From NCBI GenBank assembly GCA_045615085.1, contig JAZLEE010000042.1, positions 1 to 31,518 on the forward strand: a stretch of DNA of 31,518 nt. The letters are read 5' to 3'. Positions 1 through 10,676 of this stretch are shown here, piece after piece. The translations under genes and the position numbers were made by a program. The notes beneath the pieces were generated by a model. It did no database searches. It was not told the DNA's origin and was given only the letters and a program-made list of their open reading frames with translations. The DNA comes from Candidatus Aphodosoma sp. (GTDB taxonomy: Bacteria > Bacteroidota > Bacteroidia > Bacteroidales > Paludibacteraceae). The first letter of the stretch is position 1, and the number at the start of each line of letters is the position of its first letter.

Positions 1-1
1 T

Positions 2-304
2 AGCGAATATGTATATTTCGATGGTTCGCTATATGTATGTCCTGAATGTGCGCACGAATTCAGTGCCGACGACCATGCTGCGGCTAACGAAGGTCCCGAA
101 GTAGCCAAAGATAGCAACGGTGCCGAACTCTTCGATGGCGACGCCGTAACCGTAATCAAAGACCTCAAAGTAAAAGGTTCATCAATGGTCATCAAACGCG
201 GCACGAAAGTAAAATCAATCCGCCTCACCGAAAATCCCGAAGAAGTCGACTGCAAAATCGATGGTAGCAGCATCGTACTCAAAACCTGCTTCCTCAAAAA
301 ATAA
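2..304 (+). CDS. yjdM: YjdM/PhnA-like zinc-ribbon protein, 5'-truncated by the window edge
   Basis: Manual translation of frame 2 gives SEYVYFDGSLYVCPECAHEF...KDSNGAELFDGDAVTVIKDLKVKGSSMVIKRGTKVKSIRL...VLKTCFLKK, with TAA at 302-304. CPEC and KDSNG...GD.VTVIKDLKVKG are typical of this family. Confidence 0.9.
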   Translation, partial: SEYVYFDGSLYVCPECAHEFSADDHAAANEGPEVAKDSNGAELFDGDAVTVIKDLKVKGSSMVIKRGTKVKSIRLTENPEEVDCKIDGSSIVLKTCFLKK

Positions 305-347
305 GAAATAAATAACAAATTATATTATCTCTGTCTTCTGAAAAACT

Positions 348-1673
348 ATGAAAGAACTAAAATGTCCGCAATGTGGTAGCCAATTCTCGGTAGATGAGGC
401 CGACTATGCTTTGATTCTCAATCAAGTGAGAAATCAAGAATTTGAAGCCGAACTACGTGTACGACTTGCCGACTTGCAAAAACAAAATGATATAAAACAA
501 GAAGCCGAAGCCATCAAAGCATCTCAAGCATTCCAATCTAAGCTAAACGACAAGGAGTTGGAACTATCGCGCAAAGAGAGCGAAATAAAACAACTAAAAT
601 CACAGCTTGACTCATTCAACCAAACGAAACAGCTAGAGATTGCAGCCGAACGCACAAAAGCCAACGAAGAAATTCTTAAACTACAAGCTCAAATTCAACA
701 AAACGAGAGCAACATCCGCGTAGCTATCCTCGAAGAACAAAACAAGGCTAAGGACCAACTACAAACCAAAGATAATGCCTTAATTGAACTCCGTAGCCAA
801 ATAGAGGTTAATCAAAAGGAGGCTCAATTACGCGAAACTACCATCAAAGAAGACTATGAACGTCAACTCAAACAAAAACAAGAACTCGTTGACTACTACA
901 AAGACCTAAAAGCCAAATTATCAACCAAAATGATTGGCGAATCACTCGAAATTCATTGCAGTAATGAATTCAACCGAGTGAGAACATCCATGTTCCCTAA
1001 TGCCTACTTCGAAAAAGACAACGACGCAAGCGCTGGTACCAAAGGAGACTTCATATTTCGCGACTCTATCAACGGCGAAGAGTATATCTCTATCATGTTC
1101 GAAATGAAAAACGAGATGGACACGACTGCCACTAAACACAAAAACGAAGACTTCCTCGCCAAACTCGATAAAGACCGTAACGAAAAAAAATGCGAATATG
1201 CCGTTCTTGTCTCTCTACTCGAACCTGACAACGATTTCTACAACGAAGGCATCGTAGATATGTCATATCGCTATCCAAAGATGTTTGTCATTCGTCCTCA
1301 GTTCTTTATGCCTCTTATTTCGCTTCTATCGCAAGCTTCTCGCAAGAGCATAGAATACAAAAAAGAACTTCAATTAGTGCGACAACAATCTGTTGACGTA
1401 ACAAACTTCGAAAACAAACTCAACGACTTCCGCGACAAATTTGGAAAACACTACATGCGCGCAAGCGAAAAATTCAATAAAGCTATAGAAGAAATTGATA
1501 AAACTATCAAGTCGCTACAAAAAATGAAAGAAGACCTTCTTAGCTCCGAAAACTACCTTCGACTTGCAAACAACGACACAGAAGAACTAACTATCAAACG
1601 ATTGACTCGTGGAAACCCTACTATGAAACAAAAATTCGACGAGGCTCGCAAAAATTCAATTGATACAGAATAA
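348..1673 (+). CDS. DUF2130 domain coiled-coil protein
   Basis: N-terminal CPQC knuckle, long coiled coil, then KLSTKMIGESLEIHC...KGDFIFR...IMFEMKNE...CEYAVLVSLLE...YPKMFVIRPQFF, matching DUF2130 as I recall it. Confidence 0.85.
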   Translation: MKELKCPQCGSQFSVDEADYALILNQVRNQEFEAELRVRLADLQKQNDIKQEAEAIKASQAFQSKLNDKELELSRKESEIKQLKSQLDSFNQTKQLEIAAERTKANEEILKLQAQIQQNESNIRVAILEEQNKAKDQLQTKDNALIELRSQIEVNQKEAQLRETTIKEDYERQLKQKQELVDYYKDLKAKLSTKMIGESLEIHCSNEFNRVRTSMFPNAYFEKDNDASAGTKGDFIFRDSINGEEYISIMFEMKNEMDTTATKHKNEDFLAKLDKDRNEKKCEYAVLVSLLEPDNDFYNEGIVDMSYRYPKMFVIRPQFFMPLISLLSQASRKSIEYKKELQLVRQQSVDVTNFENKLNDFRDKFGKHYMRASEKFNKAIEEIDKTIKSLQKMKEDLLSSENYLRLANNDTEELTIKRLTRGNPTMKQKFDEARKNSIDTE

Positions 1674-1684
1674 AAAAGTTTACT

Positions 1685-2815
1685 ATGGATTTCAAACTAT
1701 TACATACCGACCCCTACTCTTCGGCTCGTGCTGGGATTATCACCACCGACCATGGTCAGATAGAAACTCCTATTTTCATGCCTGTGGGCACTGTGGCTTC
1801 GGTCAAAGGTGTGCACATCAAAGAGGTGAAAGAGGACGTACAAGCGCAAATTATCCTTGGCAACACATATCACCTCTATCTCCGTCCGGGTCTTGATATT
1901 CTCGAACAAGCAGGTGGATTGCACAAATTCAATGGTTGGGACCGCCCTATCCTTACCGATAGTGGTGGTTTTCAGGTGTTCTCGCTTGCCGATAATCGCA
2001 AACTCACCGAGGAGGGTGCTATCTTCCGCTCACATATCGATGGGTCGAAACACTTCTTTACACCCGAAAATGTAGTTGATATCCAACGCACTATTGGAGC
2101 AGACATTATGATGGCATTCGACGAATGTACACCAGGCACTGCCGACTATCGCTATGCCAAAAATTCGATGGAACGCACTCATCGTTGGCTCAAACGTGGT
2201 CTTGAACACTTCGATGCAACACCAGACAAATATGGCTATAGCCAAACATTTTTTCCTATAGTACAAGGATGTGTATACCCTGAGTTGCGCCGCGAATCGG
2301 CAAAGTTCATTGCCGACCAAGGCCGTGAAGGTAATGCTATTGGCGGTCTTGCCGTGGGCGAACCAACCGAGAAGATGTACGAAATGATTGAAGTGGTAAA
2401 TGATATCTTGCCTAAAGATAAGCCTCGATACCTAATGGGTGTAGGTACACCTGCCAATTTGCTCGAAGGCATCGAACGTGGCGTAGATATGTTTGACTGC
2501 GTAATGCCTACGCGTAATGGCCGTAATGGTATGCTATTCACTCGCAACGGCATCATGAATATGAAAAACAAAAAATGGGCCGACGACTTCTCACCTATCG
2601 ACCCAGAAAGCGACTGTTTTGTTGACCTACAATACTCGAAAGCATATCTCCGTCACCTATTCGTGAGCCAAGAACTACTTGCTATGCAAATTGCTTCTAT
2701 TCATAACCTTGCATTCTATTTATGGCTCGTAAAAGAAGCTCGCAAACATATCATCGCTGGCGACTTCCACACCTGGAAACCTATGATGCTCGAACGCGTC
2801 ACAAGACGACTTTAA
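1685..2815 (+). CDS. tgt: tRNA-guanine(34) transglycosylase
   Basis: Motifs TPIFMPVGT, LGNTYHL, TDSGGFQV, AFDEC, GGLAVGE and DCVMPTRNGRNG. The Cys in FDEC and Val in GGLAVGE match the canonical bacterial preQ1-inserting type. Confidence 0.97.
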   Translation: MDFKLLHTDPYSSARAGIITTDHGQIETPIFMPVGTVASVKGVHIKEVKEDVQAQIILGNTYHLYLRPGLDILEQAGGLHKFNGWDRPILTDSGGFQVFSLADNRKLTEEGAIFRSHIDGSKHFFTPENVVDIQRTIGADIMMAFDECTPGTADYRYAKNSMERTHRWLKRGLEHFDATPDKYGYSQTFFPIVQGCVYPELRRESAKFIADQGREGNAIGGLAVGEPTEKMYEMIEVVNDILPKDKPRYLMGVGTPANLLEGIERGVDMFDCVMPTRNGRNGMLFTRNGIMNMKNKKWADDFSPIDPESDCFVDLQYSKAYLRHLFVSQELLAMQIASIHNLAFYLWLVKEARKHIIAGDFHTWKPMMLERVTRRL

Positions 2816-2855
2816 GAAATCTGGATGGCATCCGTTGACTATTGACACAATCATC

Positions 2856-3935
2856 ATGCTGAAACGAATAGACATATATATAATCAAAAAGTATTTGGGT
2901 ACGTTCTTTTTGTCCATACTGCTGATAATAACCATATCAGTAGTAGTCGACATATCCGAAAAATTGGATGAATTCATGGACAATAAAGCTCCTCTCAACG
3001 AGATTATATTCGACTACTACTTTAATTTTATCCCATACTTTGCCAATCTATTCACTCCACTTTTTGCATTTATTTCGGTGATATTCTTCACTTCGAAGAT
3101 GGCTTATAACACAGAAATCACCGCTATTCTCGCGGGTGGCGTTAGTTTCAATAGAATGTTAAGACCATATATTATTTCGTCCGTAATAATTGGCATAATG
3201 TCATTCGTATTAAGCGGATACATAATTCCACCTGCTAACGAGGTGCGTCTCGCATTCGAAGATAAATATATTAAATCAAACAAAACAGAGGTAGTACGAC
3301 ACATTCAAATGGAAATTGAACCTGGTGTGATACTTTACATCGAACGCTATGAAGAGAATCGCAACCGTGGTAATAAGGTGTCGCTAGAGAGGTTTGAAGG
3401 CAAAACTCTGGTCAGTCGAACAACAGGCAATACGATAGAATGGACTCCAAAAGATTCGGTTTGGCACATCAAAAAATATCTCAAACGTGACTTCAATGGC
3501 ATCTACGAAACCATTGAAAAAGGCGACCAAATTGACACTCTGCTTAATATCCACCCATCAGAGTTTTTTATTACAGGCACATTAGCCCCACAGATGACCA
3601 ACGTTGAGCTTAAACAACATATCAATCGCCAAAAAGCTCGTGGTATGGGTAACACGCAAATGTTTGAAGACGAATTGCATAAACGCTACTCTAACCCTTT
3701 TGCGGCCATTATTTTAATGCTTATAGGCGTATCACTTTCATCAAAAAAAATCAAAGGTGGCATGGGGCTCCAACTTGGTATTGGTATAGCACTAAGTGCG
3801 TTGTACATACTATTTACAACCATATCAAGTATGTTTGCTATCAAAGGCAATATGCCTGTAGTCCTCGCAGTTTGGTTGCCAAACATACTATTCCTCTTCG
3901 TTGGTATTGGATTATACTTGAAAGCACCTAAGTAA
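2856..3935 (+). CDS. LptF/LptG family LPS export ABC transporter permease
   Basis: MLKRIDIYIIKKYLGTFF start, three N-terminal TM helices, EITAILAGGVSFNRMLRP, periplasmic domain, three C-terminal TM helices ending WLPNILF. ATG at 2856 is preferred over the TTG at 2835 in the ORF track. Confidence 0.92.
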   Translation: MLKRIDIYIIKKYLGTFFLSILLIITISVVVDISEKLDEFMDNKAPLNEIIFDYYFNFIPYFANLFTPLFAFISVIFFTSKMAYNTEITAILAGGVSFNRMLRPYIISSVIIGIMSFVLSGYIIPPANEVRLAFEDKYIKSNKTEVVRHIQMEIEPGVILYIERYEENRNRGNKVSLERFEGKTLVSRTTGNTIEWTPKDSVWHIKKYLKRDFNGIYETIEKGDQIDTLLNIHPSEFFITGTLAPQMTNVELKQHINRQKARGMGNTQMFEDELHKRYSNPFAAIILMLIGVSLSSKKIKGGMGLQLGIGIALSALYILFTTISSMFAIKGNMPVVLAVWLPNILFLFVGIGLYLKAPK

Positions 3936-3989
3936 ATTAAAAATAAAAAAAACATTTCTCAAAACAACCCTCTAAACTCCAAATAATTA

Positions 3990-6900
3990 ATGCAATACTC
4001 ATCAATCATACAATTACTCCGCAAACATTCTCTCATCAAAGATGTAGCAAAGTGGGTTAAATCGAAGTCACAAGTACTAGAAATCAATGGATTGCAGGCT
4101 TCGGGCAAAAGTATGATGATGAATGCTATCTGGCAAACGACTAAATCGAAAATACTCTACGTTGCCGAAGATGCCGAAACTGCCGCCTATTTCTACAACG
4201 ACATCAACCGCGCAATTCCTACAAATCAGTGTGCTTTACTCCCCTCTTCTTATAAAAAATCGCCTAAACATGGTGCTATCGACTTAGCATCTGAAATCAT
4301 GCGCGCCGATGCGCTTAATATTATAAGTAAGACTCGAGACTCAAAAAACGAAAAACAAAGTTCTCAATCTGATAATGAGTGGCTTATTATCACATCACCT
4401 GAAGGTCTTATCGAACGTGTTGCTACTCAACAAACACTTCACTCCCATCGTATAACAATAAAGAAATCGGAAGAAATCGACCAAGAACACCTCATACAAA
4501 CTCTCAACGAATGGGGATTCGAACTTGTAGAATTTGTGTATGAGCCAGGTCAATATGCCCAACGCGGTAGTATCATTGATATCTTCTCATTCTCTAACGA
4601 ACGACCTTACCGTATCGACTTTTGGGGCGACACTGTAGAATCTATACGTATATTCGACATCGAGAAACAATTATCTATCAACGAAATAGACTCGATAGAT
4701 ATCCTACCTAACATTTCGGTTAGAGGTGACAAAAATTCTATCTCTATCTTCAACTTTCTTCCCGAAGATACTATTATATGTTGGGCTAATCCAACCCTTG
4801 CAATAGAACGCCTCAACGAAATTTACAACGATGCACTCGTAAAACAACATTCAGATAAGAACATTGCAGACTTACTTAATCTACTTATCAATGGCAATAT
4901 AGCAAAAGAGCAAATAGTTAATTTCAAGCAAATAACCTTTAAAAATTCTTTACTTCTCAATCCTATTGTCAAAGACTCAAAAAACGTTTGTTCCTCATTG
5001 AGTTTCAATCAATCCGCACAACCGCTCTACCACAAAAACTTCGATATTGTGGCCGACTCGTTGCGCAAATATATCAATGATGGATATACCATCCATATCT
5101 GCTCCGATTCGAAGAAGCAAACTGACCGTATTGCAGCCATATTTGATGAGCGTGGCGATAATATCCACTTCACACCTATCGAAGGTACAATCCACGAAGG
5201 TTTCATCGACCACGACCTTTCTATCTGCTTCTTCACTGACCACCAAATATTTGACCGTTACCACAAATTCTCGCTCAAATCCGATATTGCCAAGGCTGGC
5301 AAAGTGTCAATGACACTCAAAGAGATAAACCAACTCCAAATTGGCGACTATGTAGTACATATCAATCACGGAATCGGAAAATTTGCAGGATTAGTATCTA
5401 TAGACCAAAATGGTAAAAAACAAGAAGTCATCAAGTTACTATACCAAAATGACGATATAGTCTTCGTGTCTATCCACGGACTACATCGTATATCAAAATA
5501 CAAGGGTAAAGATGGCGAACCTCCTCGCATGAATAAGCTTGGCTCTGGCGCATGGGAACGCCTAAAAGAGCGTACTAAAGCCAAAGTTAAAGACATTGCA
5601 CGCGACCTTATCCTACTCTATGCTGCTCGCAAAGCCGAAAAAGGATTTCAATTCACACCTGACACTTATCTCCAACACGAACTCGAAGCTTCGTTTATCT
5701 ACGAAGATACTCCCGACCAAGCTCGCTCTACAGCCGATGTCAAACGCGACATGGAATCTACCCTACCTATGGACCGTCTTGTATGTGGTGACGTAGGTTT
5801 TGGTAAAACCGAAATTGCAGTACGAGCTGCTTTCAAAGCTGTAACTGATAGCAAACAAGTGGCTGTGCTTGTGCCTACTACAGTATTAGCACTTCAACAT
5901 TACAAAACCTTTAGCGAACGCCTCAAAGAGTTCCCTTGCCGCGTAGAATACATCAGCCGAGCCAAGAAACCGAGCGAAGTAAAACAAATCCGTCAGGACC
6001 TCGCCGATGGCAAAATCGATATCCTCATCGGCACTCATAAAATCGTAGGTAAAGATATTGCATTTAAAGACTTAGGTCTTCTCATCATAGACGAAGAACA
6101 AAAATTTGGAGTATCGGTAAAAGAGAAACTCAAGGCTCTTAAAGTCAACGTAGATACCCTTACTCTCACTGCCACTCCTATCCCACGTACATTGCAATTT
6201 TCCCTCATGGGTGCGCGTGACCTTAGTATACTCACCACACCACCACCTAATCGTTATCCAGTAGCGACTGAACTATGTGAATACGACGACGAGACTATTC
6301 GCACGGCTATCACTGACGAAATGAGTCGCAATGGACAAGTGTTCTTTATCAATAATCGAGTACAAAATATCTATCTTATTGAAAAAAAAATACGTACTCT
6401 AGTACCCGAGGCCCGTATAGCTATTGCTCACGGACAAATGCCAACCGACCAACTCGAACAGACTATTATCGACTTTATTGACTATGAATATGATGTGCTT
6501 ATAGCCACTTCAGTCATCGAGTCTGGTGTAGATATTCCGAATGTCAACACCATCATTGTCAATAATGCCCATATGTTCGGTCTCAGTGATCTACACCAAT
6601 TGCGTGGGCGTGTAGGTCGTAGCAATCGCAAGGCATTCTGCTACCTCATTGCCCCACCACTCAATACGCTCACCTCCGACGCACGCCGTCGCCTACAAGC
6701 TATCGAAACATTTGCCGAACTGGGTTCTGGTTTCAATATTGCCATGCAAGACCTCGACATTCGCGGTGCAGGCAACATCCTTGGAGCCGAACAAAGTGGA
6801 TTTATCACCGACCTTGGCTACGAAACCTATCAAAAGATTCTTAACGAAGCACTCACCGAGTTGCGCGACCAAGAATTCAGTCAACTATTTGCTGACCGTC

Positions 6901-7382
6901 GCGATTCAAATACAAATTTTGTTAGCGACTGTTTCATTGAGTCAGATATGGAACTCATGTTACCTAATTGGTATGTAGAATCACAAACCGAACGTATAGC
7001 ACTCTATCGTGAATTGGATAACTTACAATCAGAACAAGCACTTGAGGATTATAAAAAACGTCTCACAGACCGCTTTGGTCGTATTCCAGATGAAGTCAAT
7101 GATCTCATGACTATGGTGCGCCTACGCTGGTTAGCTCAACGCCATGGAGTTGAACGTTTGTCACTGAAAAATGGTAGAATGAAAGCATACCTTATCTCCA
7201 ATCCTCATTCAGCATTCTACGATTCTGCCGAGTTCAATTCACTTATCACATATTGCTCTCACAACGCACGTCGTTGCGCTCTAATCGAAACTGCAGGTAA
7301 AAACATAGTACAAATCAGCAACATAACATCTGTGCAAGATGCCTATGATATATTTTGCCAAATAGCAAAGCATAAAGCATAG
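3990..7382 (+). CDS. mfd: Transcription-repair coupling factor
   Basis: GQYAQRGSIIDIF (UvrB-like), GDYVVHINHGIG (RNA polymerase-interacting domain), CGDVGFGKTE, DEEQKFG, TATPIPRTL, QLRGRVGRS and a C-terminal TRCF domain. Confidence 0.97.
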   Translation: MQYSSIIQLLRKHSLIKDVAKWVKSKSQVLEINGLQASGKSMMMNAIWQTTKSKILYVAEDAETAAYFYNDINRAIPTNQCALLPSSYKKSPKHGAIDLASEIMRADALNIISKTRDSKNEKQSSQSDNEWLIITSPEGLIERVATQQTLHSHRITIKKSEEIDQEHLIQTLNEWGFELVEFVYEPGQYAQRGSIIDIFSFSNERPYRIDFWGDTVESIRIFDIEKQLSINEIDSIDILPNISVRGDKNSISIFNFLPEDTIICWANPTLAIERLNEIYNDALVKQHSDKNIADLLNLLINGNIAKEQIVNFKQITFKNSLLLNPIVKDSKNVCSSLSFNQSAQPLYHKNFDIVADSLRKYINDGYTIHICSDSKKQTDRIAAIFDERGDNIHFTPIEGTIHEGFIDHDLSICFFTDHQIFDRYHKFSLKSDIAKAGKVSMTLKEINQLQIGDYVVHINHGIGKFAGLVSIDQNGKKQEVIKLLYQNDDIVFVSIHGLHRISKYKGKDGEPPRMNKLGSGAWERLKERTKAKVKDIARDLILLYAARKAEKGFQFTPDTYLQHELEASFIYEDTPDQARSTADVKRDMESTLPMDRLVCGDVGFGKTEIAVRAAFKAVTDSKQVAVLVPTTVLALQHYKTFSERLKEFPCRVEYISRAKKPSEVKQIRQDLADGKIDILIGTHKIVGKDIAFKDLGLLIIDEEQKFGVSVKEKLKALKVNVDTLTLTATPIPRTLQFSLMGARDLSILTTPPPNRYPVATELCEYDDETIRTAITDEMSRNGQVFFINNRVQNIYLIEKKIRTLVPEARIAIAHGQMPTDQLEQTIIDFIDYEYDVLIATSVIESGVDIPNVNTIIVNNAHMFGLSDLHQLRGRVGRSNRKAFCYLIAPPLNTLTSDARRRLQAIETFAELGSGFNIAMQDLDIRGAGNILGAEQSGFITDLGYETYQKILNEALTELRDQEFSQLFADRRDSNTNFVSDCFIESDMELMLPNWYVESQTERIALYRELDNLQSEQALEDYKKRLTDRFGRIPDEVNDLMTMVRLRWLAQRHGVERLSLKNGRMKAYLISNPHSAFYDSAEFNSLITYCSHNARRCALIETAGKNIVQISNITSVQDAYDIFCQIAKHKA

Positions 7383-7400
7383 TATAATAAATAAATAAAT

Positions 7401-7428
7401 AAAAGACTGAACTATAGCTCAGTCTTTT
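7401..7428. terminator. Bidirectional intrinsic terminator between convergent mfd and lolA-like genes
   Basis: AAAAGACTGA (7401-7410) pairs with TCAGTCTTTT (7419-7428) around an 8-nt loop, with A and T runs on either side. Confidence 0.85.
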
Positions 7429-7433
7429 TTTTA

Positions 7434-8060
7434 TTATCTCAAATCATTCACATCAACATTGGGATATTTAGCCACATCAAATATGAAATATGAGTTATCT
7501 ACCGATACCTTTTTGAGTTCATCCAAATAGATTGCAACCTTATTACCATTAGTTTGATATACAATCAATCGTGTTGGCAAGTTATATTTGCTCAAATACA
7601 ATTCCACCCTAAAATACTCACTTTCTTTTGGAGTGTGGGGATAAAAGTTTATCACACCCTTCTCTCCTTGAGAAATACGATTAGTAGCCATATAATGCTC
7701 AATCATAGCTAGAGGATTAACTTCACGCAACTCTTCTGCCGTAGGTTCAGTAATTAATACTTCGTTATATTCAGATATAAAAACCCATTGTGTTTTGCCA
7801 TCATACTTTACCTCATTTCCACCCAAAGTCATACGAAATTTTTCCCCTTTAAGTGTAATATTACCCGACTGTTTATCTTCTACTTCTTGTTGTGCATTAT
7901 AAACCAATAGCGTAAAACATCCTTCATAAACCGAATGTTTTAACTCAGCTATCGCCTCCTTCACTCTACGCTCAGCCTCACGATTGTTCTGCGCCATAAG
8001 GTCAACACACAATACACAATGTACAAAGCACAATGACAATATTAATGTGAGTTTTTTCAT
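7434..8060 (-). CDS. lolA: LolA-like outer-membrane lipoprotein carrier protein
   Basis: Signal peptide, then GNITLKGEKFRMTL...YDGKTQWVF...NEVLITEP...NPL and a C-terminal FDVAKYPNVDVNDLR. It lies directly downstream of ftsK, the usual ftsK-lolA arrangement. Confidence 0.8.
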   Translation of the reverse strand: MKKLTLILSLCFVHCVLCVDLMAQNNREAERRVKEAIAELKHSVYEGCFTLLVYNAQQEVEDKQSGNITLKGEKFRMTLGGNEVKYDGKTQWVFISEYNEVLITEPTAEELREVNPLAMIEHYMATNRISQGEKGVINFYPHTPKESEYFRVELYLSKYNLPTRLIVYQTNGNKVAIYLDELKKVSVDNSYFIFDVAKYPNVDVNDLR

Positions 8061-8152
8061 AATTATTTATATACTTGGTTTTTAATGTAGATTTTCATTA
8101 ATTACCTATAATAATTAACGATTAAATTTATAACAAAAGTATCAAATATTAT

Positions 8153-10609
8153 CTATCTCAACGAAGCAAGCAAGTTTTCTAATTCCATATCCGTAGTCAC
8201 AAGCACCTCACGAGGTTTGCTACCACGAGCAGGACCCACGATACCAGCCACTTCCAATTGGTCCATGATACGACCTGCACGGTTGAAACCAATCTCATAC
8301 TTACGTTGAATATTAGAAGTAGATCCCATTTGCGAAGCTACTACATATCGAGCCACTTCTTCGAAATAAGAGTCACGTTTAGACATATCCACACCCGAAA
8401 GGTCTTTACTTTCACCTTCTGGCATAGGTGGTTCTGGCAATTCGAATGGTGCAGGATAACCTTGTTGCTTGCTAATATATTCAACAACATTTTCTACCTC
8501 AGGAGTATCGACGAAAGCACATTGCACACGTACAGGAGAATCACCTTGTAGGTAGAGCAAATCACCACGACCTATCAATTGTTGCGCACCCGATTGATCA
8601 AGGATAGTTTTAGAGTCGATACCACTCGACACCTTAAATGCCATACGCGCTGGGAAATTGGCTTTAATCACACCTGTGATGATATTAACCGACGGACGTT
8701 GTGTTGCCAAAATCAAGTGCATACCTACAGCACGCGCCTTCTGAGCAATACGTGCAATCGGAGTTTCTACCTCTTTGCCTGCAGTCATAATAAAGTCACC
8801 AAACTCATCGATAATAATCACCAAATAAGGCAAATATTTATGACCTTTCAATGGATTGAGACGACGATTTACAAACTTCTCATTGTACTCTTTAATATTA
8901 CGCACATTAGCATCCATGAGCAATTTGTAGCGGTCCTCCATCTCTTGCACGAGCGAATTAAGCGTAGATAATACAAGCGATGTATCCGTAATTACAGGAG
9001 CTTCGGCATCAGGAATCTGAGCCAAGAAATGTTTATCAATCAAACGATACATGCTAAACTCAACCATCTTTGGGTCAACCAACACGAACTTTAATTGCGA
9101 AGGGTGCTTTTTATAAAGCAAAGATGTGATAATAGCATTAAGACCGACCGACTTACCTTGACCAGTAGCACCTGCCACAAGCAAGTGAGGCGCTTTAGCT
9201 AAGTCAAACATAAACACTTCGTTAGTAATAGTACGACCAAGTGCCACAGGCAACTCCATCTTCGATTCCTGGAATTTTTTAGAAGCGATAGTAGCATGCA
9301 TCGACACAATCTTCGGATTAGCATTAGGCACCTCAATACCAATTGTTCCTTTACCTGGCATAGGTGCAATAATACGAATACCGATTGCTGCCAATGAAAG
9401 CATAATATCTTTTTCGAGATTTTGAATTTTCGAGATACGAACACCTTCTTCAGGCACAATCTCATATAGTGTGATAGTAGGACCAATAGTCTCCACAATC
9501 TTTTTCACTCCGATACCAAAGTTTCTAAGTGTAGAAATAATTTTCACACGATTAGCCTCTTTCTCCTCCTCTGTCAAAGTCACCGCCTGATTCGGATACT
9601 CTTTCAAAAGATCAAGTGTAGGATATTTATAGTACGAAAGATCAAGTGTTGGGTCGTAAGGTTCAAGCACTTGATCCACACTCTCGCCCGCATCTGCCAC
9701 CTTCGAGTCAATCTCTACCCCATCTTGCTTCTTCACCTCTTCTGCCACTATCTCTTCTGTTATCACATCCACCTCTTCTGTTGTCACATCAAATTCCTCA
9801 GATTTCACTTCCAACTCTTCAGTTTTATTCTCTAATTCTTCTTCGATTACTTCCACTGTCTCTGTCTCAATGACTGTTAATTCCTCTTCGATATTATCAG
9901 TTTCTTCAATCTCCACGCCATCAAGTACCTCTTCAACAGTCTCTTCTGTCTCATCTAACACTTCTGTTTTAGTGTCTGCCTCCTCTTTCTTATTGAATTT
10001 AGTTTTTGGCGTAAACAAATTCTGTATCACAGGCATCGTAGCCGAAAAAGCAAAAGTAGCAAATACCAAGAGAGCACCTAAAATAACAAAGAACGTACCT
10101 GGAATGCCTATATTAGTCATCAAATATTCAGTCAAAAATTGTCCATAAGCCCCTCCGATGCTCACATACGAAGCATCGAGCAAACGACCAAAAAAGAAAT
10201 CCAACATCAACGGAGCCCACAACACAAAAAGAATAGGAAACAAAATCCACTTCCACAACGATTTAATACCAAGGCCAAGCAACTTGATAGCCACAGCAAA
10301 CGCCATCACCACAAACGCAAAAACCGACACACCAAACGCCTCATTAATCAAATAATGAGCAATAATAGCACCATTCAACCCTGTCCAATTCAAAATTTGT
10401 TTCTTCATCTCATCGCGCGACAACCCATCTGCAATCACAATACTCTGGTCTGCACCACCCGTAAAGAAAAACGACACAAGTGCTAACAAAACAAACAACA
10501 CCAACAAAAATAACAAGGCACCAAACGCAAAATGAAAACGTTCGTCACGCAAAAACATCACAACCTTACTTGGTTGTTTCGCCTTCTTTTCTTTCTTTTT
10601 CTCAGCCAT
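8153..10609 (-). CDS. ftsK: DNA translocase FtsK
   Basis: N-terminal 4TM region, acidic linker, HLLVAGATGQGKS (Walker A), IIIDEFGD, ARAVGMHLILATQRPS, and a gamma domain STSNIQRKYEIGFNRAGRIMDQLE. Confidence 0.97.
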   Translation of the reverse strand: MAEKKKEKKAKQPSKVVMFLRDERFHFAFGALLFLLVLFVLLALVSFFFTGGADQSIVIADGLSRDEMKKQILNWTGLNGAIIAHYLINEAFGVSVFAFVVMAFAVAIKLLGLGIKSLWKWILFPILFVLWAPLMLDFFFGRLLDASYVSIGGAYGQFLTEYLMTNIGIPGTFFVILGALLVFATFAFSATMPVIQNLFTPKTKFNKKEEADTKTEVLDETEETVEEVLDGVEIEETDNIEEELTVIETETVEVIEEELENKTEELEVKSEEFDVTTEEVDVITEEIVAEEVKKQDGVEIDSKVADAGESVDQVLEPYDPTLDLSYYKYPTLDLLKEYPNQAVTLTEEEKEANRVKIISTLRNFGIGVKKIVETIGPTITLYEIVPEEGVRISKIQNLEKDIMLSLAAIGIRIIAPMPGKGTIGIEVPNANPKIVSMHATIASKKFQESKMELPVALGRTITNEVFMFDLAKAPHLLVAGATGQGKSVGLNAIITSLLYKKHPSQLKFVLVDPKMVEFSMYRLIDKHFLAQIPDAEAPVITDTSLVLSTLNSLVQEMEDRYKLLMDANVRNIKEYNEKFVNRRLNPLKGHKYLPYLVIIIDEFGDFIMTAGKEVETPIARIAQKARAVGMHLILATQRPSVNIITGVIKANFPARMAFKVSSGIDSKTILDQSGAQQLIGRGDLLYLQGDSPVRVQCAFVDTPEVENVVEYISKQQGYPAPFELPEPPMPEGESKDLSGVDMSKRDSYFEEVARYVVASQMGSTSNIQRKYEIGFNRAGRIMDQLEVAGIVGPARGSKPREVLVTTDMELENLLASLR

Positions 10610-10676
10610 TTATAAATTAGATTAACAATTAGTGAATAAGTTTAAAATATACAAACCTCAAAAATCAACGATTACT

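Noticed and set aside
1660-1896. 78-aa ORF overlapping the DUF2130 end and tgt start
   Set aside because: Out-of-frame overlap with tgt and no motifs.
6382-6390. A9 run in mfd (also A8 runs in the DUF2130 and lptF/G genes) as possible frameshift or phase-variation sites
   Set aside because: The reading frames are intact and Lys-codon A runs are expected in an AT-rich genome.
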